A program made the translations under genes and the position numbers. From assembly GCF_964355755.1 (NCBI RefSeq), contig NC_092672.1:9610001-9674000 (forward strand): 64,000 bases of DNA. The letters are read 5' to 3'. Below, in pieces: positions 12,591 to 25,631 of the stretch. The notes beneath the pieces were generated by a model. The model made no database searches, was not told the DNA's origin, and was given only the letters and a program-made list of their open reading frames with translations. How positions within the stretch are numbered: the first letter of the stretch is position 1; each line of letters opens with the position of its first letter. This DNA is from Antedon mediterranea (Eukaryota; Animalia; Echinodermata).

Positions 12591-15500
12591 ATGAAGATCT
12601 TTACAATGATACGGTAGGCATTATTATTTAACATGTATTTGTTTATTTTTTAACATAATTTTCGAAAATCCTAATGAGAAAATCTCGTTTTGGTCAAATG
12701 ATAAAGATGCTCAATATATTTCTGATCAAATGATGAAGGTGATCATCCATGTATTTCTGATCAAATGATGAAAATGATCATCAATGTATTTTTTATCATT
12801 AATTATGAAGGTGATCATCAATGTATTTCTCATCAAATGATGAAGGTGATCATCAATGTATTTCTCATCATTATGATGAAGGTGATCATAATGTATTTCT
12901 GATCAAATGATGAAGGTGAACATCAATGTATTTCTTATCAAATGATGAAGGTGATCATAATGTATTTCTGATCAAATGATGAAGGTGATCATAATGTACT
13001 TCTGATCAAATGATGAAGGTGATCATCGATATATTTCTGATCAAATGATGAAGGTGATCATAAATATATTTCAGATCAAATGATAAAGGTGAACATCAAT
13101 GTATTTCTCATCAAATGATGAAGGTGAACATCAATGTACAGTATTTCTCATCAAATGATGAAGGTGAACATCAATGTATTTCTCATCAAATGATGAAGGT
13201 GAACATCAATGTATTTCTCATCAAATGATGAAGGTGAACATCAATGTATTTCTAATCAAATGATGAAGGTGAACATCAATGTATTTCTAATCATATGATG
13301 AAGGTGAACATCAATGTATTTCTCATCAAATGATGAAAAACTAAATTATGGTCTTCAATGGCGAATCATATATTTAAATTCTAGAACCCTGACGTTGTTT
13401 CTATCACTGAATTTGGTCCGAGCTACCGAATTTATTAATTCTGGTGGATTGTTTGGCAAGCTATCCAGTCCGAATTATCCAGACGCCTACACGGATAACA
13501 CCGATAAAGTGTGGAATATCACGGTCCAGCGTGGTTTAAGAATAGAACTAACTTTCCAAGACTTTGATCTTGAGTACTCCAATAATTGTGCATATGATTA
13601 CATTAAGGTGAGTAGAAGAAAACGCAGAGGAAACAAACTCAAACAAATACAATTTTAATTTTATCAAGAAACACAATTTCTTTAAAATGGCTTGTTATAT
13701 TATTTATTTTGTGTTTTAATTAGTGTTAATCACACAAAATATGATAAAAAAATCATAAAAGTGGTATGACCTCACAAAAAAGTAAAGCTATGTGTATTGA
13801 TGGTAATTTTGACGGCGCTAAGCTTGGTTCCCACTAGAACGCAGCGCACCGATGACAACCGACTGTCAGTTCTTTCATAACTTACGTCCTTGCGCTACGT
13901 CCTATTGGTAACCAATCTGAAGTTAATGATATTAAACGGTGACGTGACGATAATGAAAAAACAGGTCACCACTTATGCTTTTAATACCACAAACCAACAC
14001 GCTATTCTTTTAAACATTTTTATTTCAGATTTCGTCTAATGGCAACGAACTGGCGAACCTTTGTGGAGGAGACAACATCGGTGCTCGCAGTACACCAGGT
14101 GACATCCTATACACGTCATTGGACAACCAACTTACAGTTGAATATCACTCAGATTTTTCGAATGAGCTCAATTTCTATGGTTTTTATGCGCACTATATTG
14201 CGAAGGATATTGATGAATGCCAAGAACAAAATGGCGGATGTGATCATTACTGTCGCAACTACTTTGGAGGATTTTATTGTTCCTGTCGCCGGGGATACGA
14301 GTTGCACTCGGACTTATCATCATGCACAGGTAGTAATTGGTTATTGATATGGAGAGGAATATATCATTATTATTAATCTAGAACTGGTTGGAAGAGGGTG
14401 TTTTACAATACTGTACCCGATATGTAAGAATGTAAACGTTTGTTCTATTATAATAGCCATTGAAACGCTCAGAACTTTTGTTTGAATTAATAACATAGAA
14501 AAGTAAATTGCGGTGGGCATTTGTTAAATATCCCGCAATCTCTCAGAAAATAAACCATTGTAGGCTAGGCGCTCGTGATTATACCACGTGTAAACATATA
14601 CGACATAAAAAAACCACGATTTTCTGCTTTCTTATTTGCTGTTGCAACTAACTAATAAAAAGGTCATTTTTCATATGCTGGGTTCAATAGCTACATTTTT
14701 AGCCAAAAAAATGGAGCGAAAGAGATTAAAAAAATATATATTATATATTTAAAAAATGCTTAATTTTTTTTTTATAACAGTGGAATGTTCAGGAAACAGG
14801 TTGTATTCCAATGAGGGTGAAGTCAATTCTCCTGATTATCCCATAAAATACCCTCGACAACTTGATTGTGATTGGACAATCAACGTGGATCAAGGTTACG
14901 TCATCAATTTGAATTTCATAGACTTTGAGTTAGAAGACCATCCCGACGTTGAGTGCCCCTATGACTTTTTAAAGGTAGGTGTCTATCAATATTTTGATTT
15001 TGGTTTCGGAGACGTTATTTATTCATGAAATTATTTGTACCATCGCACTCATTATTGTCATTCATTATTTGTATACTGTACAAATTACTACTAAGTTCAC
15101 TCACTAACAAAGGTTGAATGTTTACTAGTCTTGGCTCCAGGCGGAGTTTTGTCTTAATTTTAGTAAAAATATAAATATTTTTGCACATCTGGCGTTTTAT
15201 ACGTGTTTTAGGCTACTTGAGTTTTCAGACTAAAATTAAAACGACGACGTGTGGAATGACATAAAAAAGACAATAAATACTGACTTGGAGCAAGTCTAAA
15301 TGTTTACCAAAACATGTATATTTTTTAGTTTGTGCTGTTTTAAGATACCAATAAATAAAAACTACTGTGATCTGTCTTGGATGCTTTCTATTTACATTCA
15401 AACGGGCCGATACATGACACCCTTTACATTTTTACAGATTGAAAATGGTGGTGGCAACGTTGTTGGTCCTTTCTGCGGATCTGAGATTCCACCTAACATT

Positions 15501-18194
15501 ACTACTACAGACAATGTTCTCAGGTTATCGATGCATTCTGATGGTCTATTATCAGGGCGTGGATTTAAGGCTGTTTATAGTACTACAGGTGAATATAGAT
15601 TTAAAGTGGTAACAAATATTGTCATATTCTTAAAAATTGAATTCTAAAATTGTTTATGCTGTCGTGACACCTTTTCAGATGTAATAATCGAAAGGTCCAT
15701 TTTTAAAACTTGAAGTACGAAAGTATTAACTATTAATTATACTACAATCAATGAACTATTACTGGCCCGTATCCAGGGAGTTGCTTTCAACTGTGTTCGA
15801 ACACCCAATCATGGTGTTGTGGAAACCTCTCACTCACCACTGAAGTCCGCCTTAGATATTATATTTTTCACATTTATTAACGCGTAATTGATTGGTTCAT
15901 TAAAAAGGCTCTACTTTCGAACTCCACCTTCGAACCCCTCCATAAAAATCCTATACATGGTAGTTACGGGCTTCTATCGTGATTTAAAGCTAACGTCTAA
16001 CTATTGAATAAAATGCTATTACTCGTGTAGTTCTAATGAGTATTGGTTTAAACCATTTAGTAGAAAGTAGGCCTAACTAATAAAACTGCAGTGTTCAGAC
16101 ACCGTAAATTCTGGAACAGAAAACATAGGACCATGATAATAAAATGTCATATCATAGGTTCTTCCATTCACAGGCAAACCATGTGTTGATATAACGGCAC
16201 CCAGCTACGGAGTACTAATCGGTGACGATTTTACATACCCATCTACGGTTACATTTAAATGCAACGAAGGCTATATTCTAAGAGGATCAGCAGCAAGGTC
16301 CTGTAGAGCAGATGGCAGCTGGTCAGGTGAAGTAACAGAATGCCAAATTGTTGAATGCAACAGGCCAGCGTCCATTCCTCATGGTACATGGAGAAGTCGT
16401 AAGAACAACTTCACTTTCGGAAATAACGTGTTGTATGAATGTGACACATATTATGATTTGACTTTAGAAAGTGAAAGTAGTCGAGTCTGTACTGCTAAAG
16501 GTGTATGGCGTCCTGAAGAACCAGTCTGTGAACCGATTTGTGGTGAAGCTGATGTTCCCCCGAACCCTCGGCCACGGGAAGAAGGTATATTAGGTCGTAT
16601 TTATGGAGGAAGAGCAGCAGTCCCAGGATCATGGCCATGGCAGGCCTTACTGAGAATTAGAAGACAGAAATATCAATATTCGGAGAGCATTTGTGGAGGA
16701 ATTATACTAAACGAACAGTGGATAATGACAGCCGCACATTGTCTAAACGATACTAAAAAACAATTCGGTAGATTGATACTCCCAATCACTTCAGTTGATA
16801 TCTATCTTGGATCGGCTCAACTGTCAAGTCAACCAGATGATAATAGAATAGAGGTAAGCAGATAATCGTCAATGATACAGAATTTCATCCATGATATAAC
16901 TTTCAAAATAATGACATTTTAATCCACGAGCCACCAAGAAGGAACATAATAAAAATATCTAGTACATAAATGTACTTTGAAACGTTAGTTTGATAAATGT
17001 CAATTTAGCAAACACAAGACAAGTTTTTATAACCATTTTCTGTTTCTTTTAGGCTCATCCAGAAAAGTTTGTAGTTCACCCACAATTCGATGTCAACGCT
17101 TCATATGATGCCGACATTGTTCTTATTAAACTAAACCAATCTGTGCAGTTCTCCCGTGTAATACGTCCCATCTGTCTCCCTGAACAAAGTAACACAACCG
17201 ATAACAATAAAACAAATATTGACCACGCTGATGCACCTTCACGAAAAGGTATCGTAATCGGATGGGGAAGAGTTTCTCAATATCAATCGATTTCAAATGA
17301 CCTACGAGAGGTGTACGTTCCTCTTGTTTCAAGAAAAGAATGTGCCGATGCGTTCCGACCACTGGAAGAAAACATAGAAGAAGAATTAGAAGTCACGGAA
17401 AACATGGTGTGTGCAGGAGAAAGAGATGGTATGAGTATTTATTACTGTATCGACAAATAAACACAATACAGTCATTAGTAGGTGTAACAGCAAAACAACT
17501 TTAGAAAAATGTGAAGTCATGTAGAATTAGTTGCCAACGTGCGTTTAAGTTATTGAAAGTTGTTTGTTAGGTTGGTCGGTCGGTAGGTCCCCATTTTGTT
17601 GAACGCATCTAAGCCATTTTCTTTTGAATCTAAATGATGGTAGATCTTAATACGATTACAGTATGGTGATAGTAGTTCGGATTACTGACAAGATTGAAAT
17701 TGAACGATTCAAGGTACACAGATATAATGTTAAACGTAAAGACGATCGACCAACCCACTAACAACAAAATCGACAGATTGATTGACTGACCATACTTTTT
17801 TTTCATTCCTCCTGCAATCAAAGACCGTTGAAAAAACATTCCGTCTATACAAATTCTTATCATTCATGTATTCATTATTATCAATACTGATTGATGACAG
17901 TAGGATTCTACAGTATGTCATGATGATTGTTTTTTATGTACATCATTTTATTGCAACCAGCATCAATTATCACACGTATGTTAATTTATTTTTATATACT
18001 GGACTGTAGGAGGCAAAGACGCTTGTGAAGGAGATAGCGGTGGGCCTTTGATGTTCAGAAATCATGACCTGGCTTATTTTGTGCATGGAATTGTATCCTG
18101 GGGCAACGGTTGTGCCAAACCTGGTTTCTTTGGTGTTTACACTCGTGTTGAAAACTATGTCGATTGGATAAGAAATACTGTACAAGCAGGTTAA
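12591..18194 (+). CDS. MASP1: Mannan-binding lectin serine protease (MASP1-like): CUB1-EGF-CUB2-CCP1-CCP2-trypsin-like SP, ~710 aa, 8 exons
   Basis: Exons 12591-12613, 13385-13607, 14029-14329, 14781-14974, 15438-15588, 16174-16853, 17053-17428, 18010-18194 (2133 nt in frame). Signal [25 protein letters not shown] motifs SPNYP, SDFSNE..GFYAHY..DIDEC and [14 protein letters not shown]. Activation site GR|IYGG. Triad TAAHC / DADIVL / GDSGG; S1 Asp (KDAC). The symbol marks the family; orthology is not established. Confidence 0.92.
12693..13337 (+). repeat. 35-bp minisatellite (~18 copies) in MASP intron 1
   Basis: Unit atcaaatgatgaaggtga(t/a)catcaatgtatttctc. Confidence 0.95.
13821..13918. mobile_element. 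Degenerate short Harbinger-type MITE
   Basis: Imperfect inverted ends agcttggttcccactag ... ctattggtaaccaatct. Confidence 0.45.
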
Positions 18195-18910
18195 ATAGAT
18201 AATACAACAGATGAAAACCCAACGTGATAGGCTAACGAAAGAGAGGACACAAACTGAAAATTGTTGCCGGCAAATTAGGCAACATTGCATTGCTTGAAAA
18301 TAATATTGGAAGCCTGTAACCAAGATTGACAAATGTAGGCCTACTTAATATATGCTTATAACACACGAAGTATAGCTTTTTAGAACTTGTATGTAAAAGT
18401 TAGATTAAAAACTACCCTCTATCATAATATTCTAATGATTATCTATTTTGGTTTTACTCCTGTATCGGAAATAATAACATGTGGAAAGTCTTTCATATTA
18501 ATTGCTACAGATGTAGGAACATCCAAATACCGGACCACATGGATAGGCAAACATTGGTGTGTGGATATTGGTAAAACAGAGAATTTGGAACTTTAATTTA
18601 ATTTAGACTTTAAAAAGTCTGGTTTCGGGAAAGTTTTCAGAAAAGCTGGTATTGGCAAATCCGAATATATTGTGGCCTAATACAACACATGATAGAAATA
18701 TTAAACCTATTTTAACCTAAAAATATTAATAATAATAATAAATGTTTATGAGTTTGTGGTAAGTCAAACGGCACGTGATGAGTAAATTACCAATCAAATT
18801 TGAACAGGTTTGTTATAAGTGATAATTCACATTATCTATATCTAATCAATGTTTATAGAAATACTTAATTACAATACAGTAAAGGCCAATAAATACAATA
18901 AGTTAATTAC

Positions 18911-19085
18911 TACTACTTCTTTGATTTGCTTGATGCTCTTCCGCTAAACTTTGTCTGGCTAGATTTTCCATCAATGGCAGACAATTTTTCATATGATGTA
19001 TTATTTTATGTTAATATTTTCGAGGGTTCATCATCATTTGATTGTATCTGGTCACTGATGGACAGTTGATCTGTTTCAAAAGTCC
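18911..19085 (-). pseudogene. Decayed duplicate of the CFAP119 last exon
   Basis: Matches 25632-25790 (ctacttctttgatttgcttgatgc..tttgtctggctagattttccatcaatggcagacaattt..tcatcatttgattgtatctggtcactgatggacagtt). Confidence 0.88.
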
Positions 19086-20076
19086 GTATAACACTTTAGA
19101 CTATACGGTACTTTTTAATAGAAATTTTGTTGTCAATTACTGATAATATAATTGTATATTGTACAATTAAACCAACGTTATCACATTATTAGTTATTAAT
19201 AGATTCTTGCTGGATTAAAAATGACATGACGTAATGGTGATTGAACAAACACAGATTGGAAAAACGACGCAAGTTGTGGACCGACCGACATACCCCAAAA
19301 CTAAACTATGTGACTCAATCAAAATCTTTATTATTTTATTCTCAAAAAAGTACAACATACAAGATAAAACACTCGTTTCGCAAAAAGCTGCTGTTATAGG
19401 CCTACCCCGACCGAGTTAGTAAATACAAATTAATAATGTATAATATATAGGCTACTCGGTTTGGCGCATTTTTTTCATTCTCAGGTTTCCTCCGATCCTC
19501 TTGTCGTGTCAAGCGTTCATAATTACATTACAACTATCTGGTAACAGGAATAAGGATCGGCAGGATATATTTGTACGTAGAACTTCCTTATTTTAACAAG
19601 AAGACATCGTGTTTTTATAGTATAAATTAATGATAGAACATACGCTCCATCGATTATTTCCGCATCGTTTTGTTCACCAGTTCGGAAGATCATTAACAAG
19701 GCCAGTCGCGTGCTCAAGTTAGTGTTTACCGACCAATCGACCAACCAACCGACCGACATATTGAGCTTCAGAATCGCGTTGCACGTAACTAAAAACCTTG
19801 AAAACTAGTATGACATGCATTTAGTAGATGTTATCTAACGGCGTAATTCAGATGGCATCATAATTAACCAAATCACCAACGAAACAACTTACAGTCAAAT
19901 AATAAACTCGGATTTCAAATGACTTCAATCTTGCTTGTTTTTATATCCACTATGATTGTTCAAAGGAAATAGTTAACATATCATCATATCAAGTTAATTT
20001 ATTGGATGGTATGTAAACAGTTATTTGCGAAACTTTCATTAAAAATATCAAAGACAATTTTGTTCTAATCTTGAAG

Positions 20077-23000
20077 ATGGCGATTGGAAGAAATGCTGTC
20101 CATAAACTATTTATTATTTATATAGGACTAGTGTTGATTGTTTTCTTTGTAGCACTAGGCGTACTTCTTTCGACAGGTAGGTAATTTTCTATTTCTTGTA
20201 TTAACATTTATAATGATATGTTGACTCTTCAGTAAACATTGGAAACATGATACAAATAATACGCATTGAGCCATTCAATCGTGAGAATCGCTTCTTTGAC
20301 TATAACGCAATTGTTCAAAAAGTGGTTCATAATAAGATGATTTGAATTTAGTACCAGATGAAATATTTGTTTCTATAGAAACGTTTGCCAATCCATCGTT
20401 TTACCATAATTGATTATCTTTATTGTTCATTTTTGTTTAAGAGTGTGATGAATGGTCTGAATGGTCACAGTGTTCTAAGACATGCAGCGTCAGTATTCGT
20501 TTCACGATCACGATATTGCTACAATCATTTACCAGTATACAACGTAACGACATATACGCAAATGAAAGAAGAGTGCGTAGAAGTACAACACTGTCATAGT
20601 ATGTATGAACGGATCCAGTGTGTACCGTAGCACCATGGGCGTACTCTCCTTCATTTGAAAGCAAAAACAATGAAATTATTATATATATATTATTATATAT
20701 TATATTATTATATATATTATAGAAAGTCGGCGGGTTATTTAATGAATAATCATCATTTGTGTTTTGATTAGGTGTTAGCCTATATTATTTCCTAATTCTT
20801 AACACTTAATTATTTTCAGTAAATATACATACAGAAATACTACAATTCCATAATAACAAACGATATTATATTAAAGATTAAAAGCGTTCATTGTTATATA
20901 AAAACTATCTGGTAACAGAAATAAGGAAACAAGATCGGCAGAATATTTTTGTACGTACAACATTCTTATTGTAACAAGAACACATCGTGGTTTTTTATAA
21001 GCTGATGATAGAACAAAAGCTCAACCTAATTAAATTACCTCAGCTTAATAAATAATTACTTGGTTAAACTTTGATATATGTTTCATATTTCGAGGGTTAA
21101 AAATTCCCCATATTAAGAGTTACTGTACATCTCTCAAATCATGTTGGGTGAAAAGATATCTTGATGGAAATCAATCCAAGTGGAAAGTGTTTTTAAAAAG
21201 TAAGATTAAAGAGGTTGGAGGAAATATTGTTTTCGAAACCAACTTTTCTAAATCTTCAAAAATATTAAAACAATTTGAAAGGTTCCATAAAGATATACTC
21301 TCTGCGTGGAGTGAATACAATTTTGTAGAACCGTATACGATAGAGGACATCTTAAATCAATCTTTATGGAACAACTCATGTTTTGATAAAAGAGAATTTA
21401 AAGTTGAAAAAAATTGGTTGGTTAAAAGTGTAAACTATGTAAAAGATATCGTGAACAAAGAAGGGAAAATATTAGAACTAGACGAATTTAACCAAAAATA
21501 TAATTTTAAACCAGACTTCTTATTATATCACCAGATTGTAAATTCAATTCCAAAGCTCTGGAAACAGAAATTAATTGAACAAGGTATAAACACAACTAAT
21601 GAAGTTGAATCCAAATTACAGACATTCATTTCTGTGAAAACGAGAAATTGTCATTATATATCTATAAACACATTATATTAAAAAATGTTGAAGAGCCAAT
21701 TGGAATTGAATCCAAATGGGAAAAGGAGTTTGACAACAAACTTAATTGGAAAAACCTTTTCTCAAATTTACACGCCTGTACAAATGACACTAAGCTAAAA
21801 AATGTTCAATTTAAATTTATTCATCGTATAATTTATACAAATACAATGCTCTTTAAGATGTCAAAGGTCGATTCACCAATGTGTAGTTTTTGCAAGGAAA
21901 AGCAGGAAACACTGCTACATATGTTCTTTGAATGTGATCTGGTAAAGAACATTTGGGAAAATGTAAAACAATATATGTATCGAAATATCAACAATAACTT
22001 AATTATCACCAAAGAAAGTATATGTTTTGGTTTTGGAAAAACACACAGTGATGCAAACATTTTAATTTTAATTACAAAGTGGTACATATTTAGTTGCAAA
22101 ATCAAAAAACAATTACTTAATTATAATCATTTATTTCACATTTACCAAAAATACAAGGCAACCATATTATTAGCAAAATGATTATTATTAAGTGTATTTT
22201 TGCGATACATTATTTTTTTTTTCTTTAATTTCATTACTCTCTTATTTTTGAGAGAGTATTATATCGTTTTAATTGTTACGTTGCCTTTATATATTAATTT
22301 TGTATTATGTATGTGATGAAATGAAATAAAAAAAAAAAAAAAAAAAAAAAAAGTAAGTTTCATATTTCAATTAACAGGTAAACCGTGTTCTGACATAACC
22401 GCACCCAGCAACGGAATACTGATAGATGTCTACGAATTTACGACGATTACATTTAAATGCAACGAAGGCTATACTCTGAGAGGCTCAGAAGCAAGGTCAT
22501 GTAGAGTCAATGGCAGCTGGCCAGGTGAAGTAACAGAATGCCAAATTGTTGAATGCAATAGGCCAGCGTCAATTCCTCATGGTACATGGAGAAGTCGTAA
22601 CAACAACTTCACTTTCGGAAACAACGTGTTGTATGAATGTGACATATATTATGATTTGACTTTGGAAAGTGTAGGTAGTCGAGTCTGTACTGCTAAAGGT
22701 GTATGGCGTCCTGAAGAACCAGTCTGTGAACCGATTTGTGGTGAAACTGATGTTCCCACGAACCCTCGACCACGTGAAAGTGGTCAAAAAGGTCGTATTT
22801 ATGGAGGAAGAGCAGCAGTCCTTGAATCATGGCCATGGCAGGCCTTACTGAGAACTAGAAGACAGAAATATCAATATTCGGAGAGAATATGTGGAGGAAT
22901 TCTAATAAACGAACAGTGGATAATGACAGTCGATCGCACATTGTCTAAACGATACTAGCAAAATATTCGGTAGAGCAATACTCCCAATCACTTCAGTTAA

Positions 23001-24154
23001 TATCTATCTTGGATCGGCCAAACTGTTAAGTCAACCAGATGATAATAGAATAGAGGTAATCAGATCATCGTCACAGTGTCACTTAACAAAATAATGCCAT
23101 TTTGAATGGAAGAGAATATGTCTTCTGTCATTTGTACTTAGAAACGTTAGTTTGATAAATGTCAATTTGGCAAACACAAGACAAGTTTTTATAAAAATTT
23201 TCTGTTTCTTTTAGGCTCATCCAGAAAAGTGTGTAGTTCACCCACAATTCGATGTCAACGCCTCATATGATGCCGACATTGCTCTTATTAAACTAAACCA
23301 ATCTGTGCAGTTCTCCCGTGTAATACGTCCCATCTGTCTGCCTGAACAAAGTAACACAACCGATAACAATAAAACCAATATTGACCACGCTGATGCACCT
23401 TCACGAAAAGGTGTCGTAATCGGATGGGGACTTGAATCTCCACATGAATCGACTTAAACTTACTTACGAGAGGTGTACGTTAGTCTTGTTTCAAGAAACA
23501 CATGTCAAGAATCGTTCCGACTACACCAAATAGAAGTCACTGAAAACATGGTGTGTGCAGGAGAAAGCAATGGTATGAGTATTTTATTTACAAGTCTTTT
23601 AACTTTGCATATGTATGTGCGAGCAATTGATGTGCGTACCGTATAGAAACTTCAATTCTTAAAAATGAGTAATATTTTTCAACCGGTAGTTTCAATATAC
23701 CGCATTATAACCACCAATACAGAGAAAACGACAGCTAGTAGAAAGGGCCAACATGGAAAAAAACAGATCATTAAAACAGTTACATTATTATGCTAAGCCT
23801 ACTGTGTTTACGGATTGATTTTTAGTGTCATCAGTAACCTATTATTAAGGTATTGCCGAACAAAATTATTACCATGATATTTTATATATTATAGGAGGCA
23901 AAGACGCATGTGAAGGTGACAGTGGTGGGCCTTTGATGTTCAGAAATTATGACTTGACACATTTTGTTTATGGACTTGTATCATGGGGCCTTAATTGTGC
24001 CAAACCTGGTGTCTATGGTGTTTACACTCGTGTAGAAAACTTCGTCGATTGGATAAGAAATACAAACAGGCTAACAGGCAGGCTAACAATTGCCAGCCAT
24101 ATTGCATGTTGCCAGATTAAAAAATGGTATATATTGTATATAAATTATGGTTAA
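20077..24154 (+). pseudogene. Chimeric MASP-derived protease pseudogene: TM anchor-TSP1-CCP-CCP-SP
   Basis: Exons 20077-20176 (MAIGRNAVHKLFIIYIGLVLIVFFVALGVLLST), 20442-20598 (TSP1 WSEWSQCSKTC, +1 frameshift), then 22378-23055, 23215-23572 and 23895-24154 (paralogous to MASP exons 6-8). Lesions: +4 nt at ~22930 before the catalytic His and TAA at 23455-23457. Confidence 0.8.
21092..22352 (+). mobile_element. 5'-truncated L1/Tx1-type LINE
   Basis: ORF2 C-terminus (GLKIPHIK..WVKRYL; zf-RVT KLKNVQFKFIHRIIYTN..CSFC..ETLLHMFFEC) with one frameshift. AATAAA plus poly(A) ends at 22352. TSD gtttcatatttc at 21080-21091 and 22357-22368. Confidence 0.92.
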
Positions 24155-25631
24155 TTCTGACATAGGCGAGCACAATGGAAAAACTTAGGGACAAATCTCC
24201 GCCTTGGATACCTACCTGATCTTTCGCAGATTTACCGCGAAACGTAGATTTGATAACATTAGTTTTCACTATTACGATATGGTTCCATATTTCCATATTA
24301 GGAAGATATTATAAAGGGTTTTGAAACAAAATTCATGATTTCATCGGTAGATTTTCAACTGTGCGCGGTAGAAGAAATTTCCGGGTTCACGGTGTGTCCA
24401 CGGGTTCACCGTGCAATTTCCTGGTTTCAACTAAGTTGGCCATTGGTGCCGATAGTCATTTTAGTTTGTTGTATATTTTCGGACCGCGTGTGTGACGGTG
24501 CAGTAGCAAAATAAAAATTATACTGCAAAGTAATCAAATTAAATATACGCCATAAAGATGTATATTGTGGGGAATAGTATATATAAATTACATAGGGAGA
24601 ACTGTTTATAAGAATGTTTGTTCATTTTGTTTGAAATCGAGTGAAACCTCGATAGCCGAGATATTGAGTATAAGCTGACAGGAATAACTGTGGGCTATCT
24701 GTGTCCCATTAGGACCCTGAGACACTTCTGCCCATGTTGCAAGCCGTTTAAAGCGGGTTTTTTTCTTAGGCCGAAACGGGCCACTCTGTCGCGGAGTTAG
24801 TTTTAAAAGAAGCTTAAACTAAATTATGTATTAATTATACCAATTAGGATGGTATTTATTTGAATAAACGCCGAACAATAAAACATCACTTAGAATAATA
24901 ATCGCATTTTATATTATATTTATAACACAATTATACTATTTGTAGTAGAATTCATCGGACTGTTATCTACAATTTACCAAGCATTTGTTATTCTTTTTTA
25001 GCACTTTTCATATCTATTAGAGGATTTTATTGGATTGGAAATGTTACCATATTATTAAAACTAAAACAGCAAACGTATTCCTCGAATAAAGCACCTCACT
25101 CAAATGAACTCCGCCTCCCCACCTTTGCCCTACAAGGGCCCTACCAAACAATAAATACTATACTTTAAAATGTTATTACTCATCTAAGACACTGTGAAAC
25201 AGAGTAGGTTTAGTTTTACGAATATCAAGCATTTTATAATGGTAACCGACAGAAAACGTCCAAGATAGTCCTTCTAAAACCTTTTTACCCGAGTAATTAT
25301 CATTCCAAGAATCATCCGTCTTCACTTCCTAGAGGGGGAGCAAGCGAAGCGAGCTCACCCTCTAGTTACTGTACAGTAAATAGCGTTTTCAGCAACGAAT
25401 CAATTTGAAATAACCTCTAAATTTAATGTAATTATTCCGGATCATTGTAGGCCTACCGAAGTAACAAAATAAGGATCTACCTTGCTACGCTTACACTATA
25501 ATACAATTAAATAAACAAGTATAATATATTAAGTCCTTGTTAAAATCTATCTTATAATACAAAAATCAATATATTTCATAGCAAAACGTATAGTACAAAG
25601 TATGGACAATGAATACAATATAAGAACTGTG

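Noticed and set aside
12693-13337. 35-bp array as CRISPR or coding repeat
   Set aside because: Head-to-tail minisatellite without unique spacers, inside an intron, with stops.
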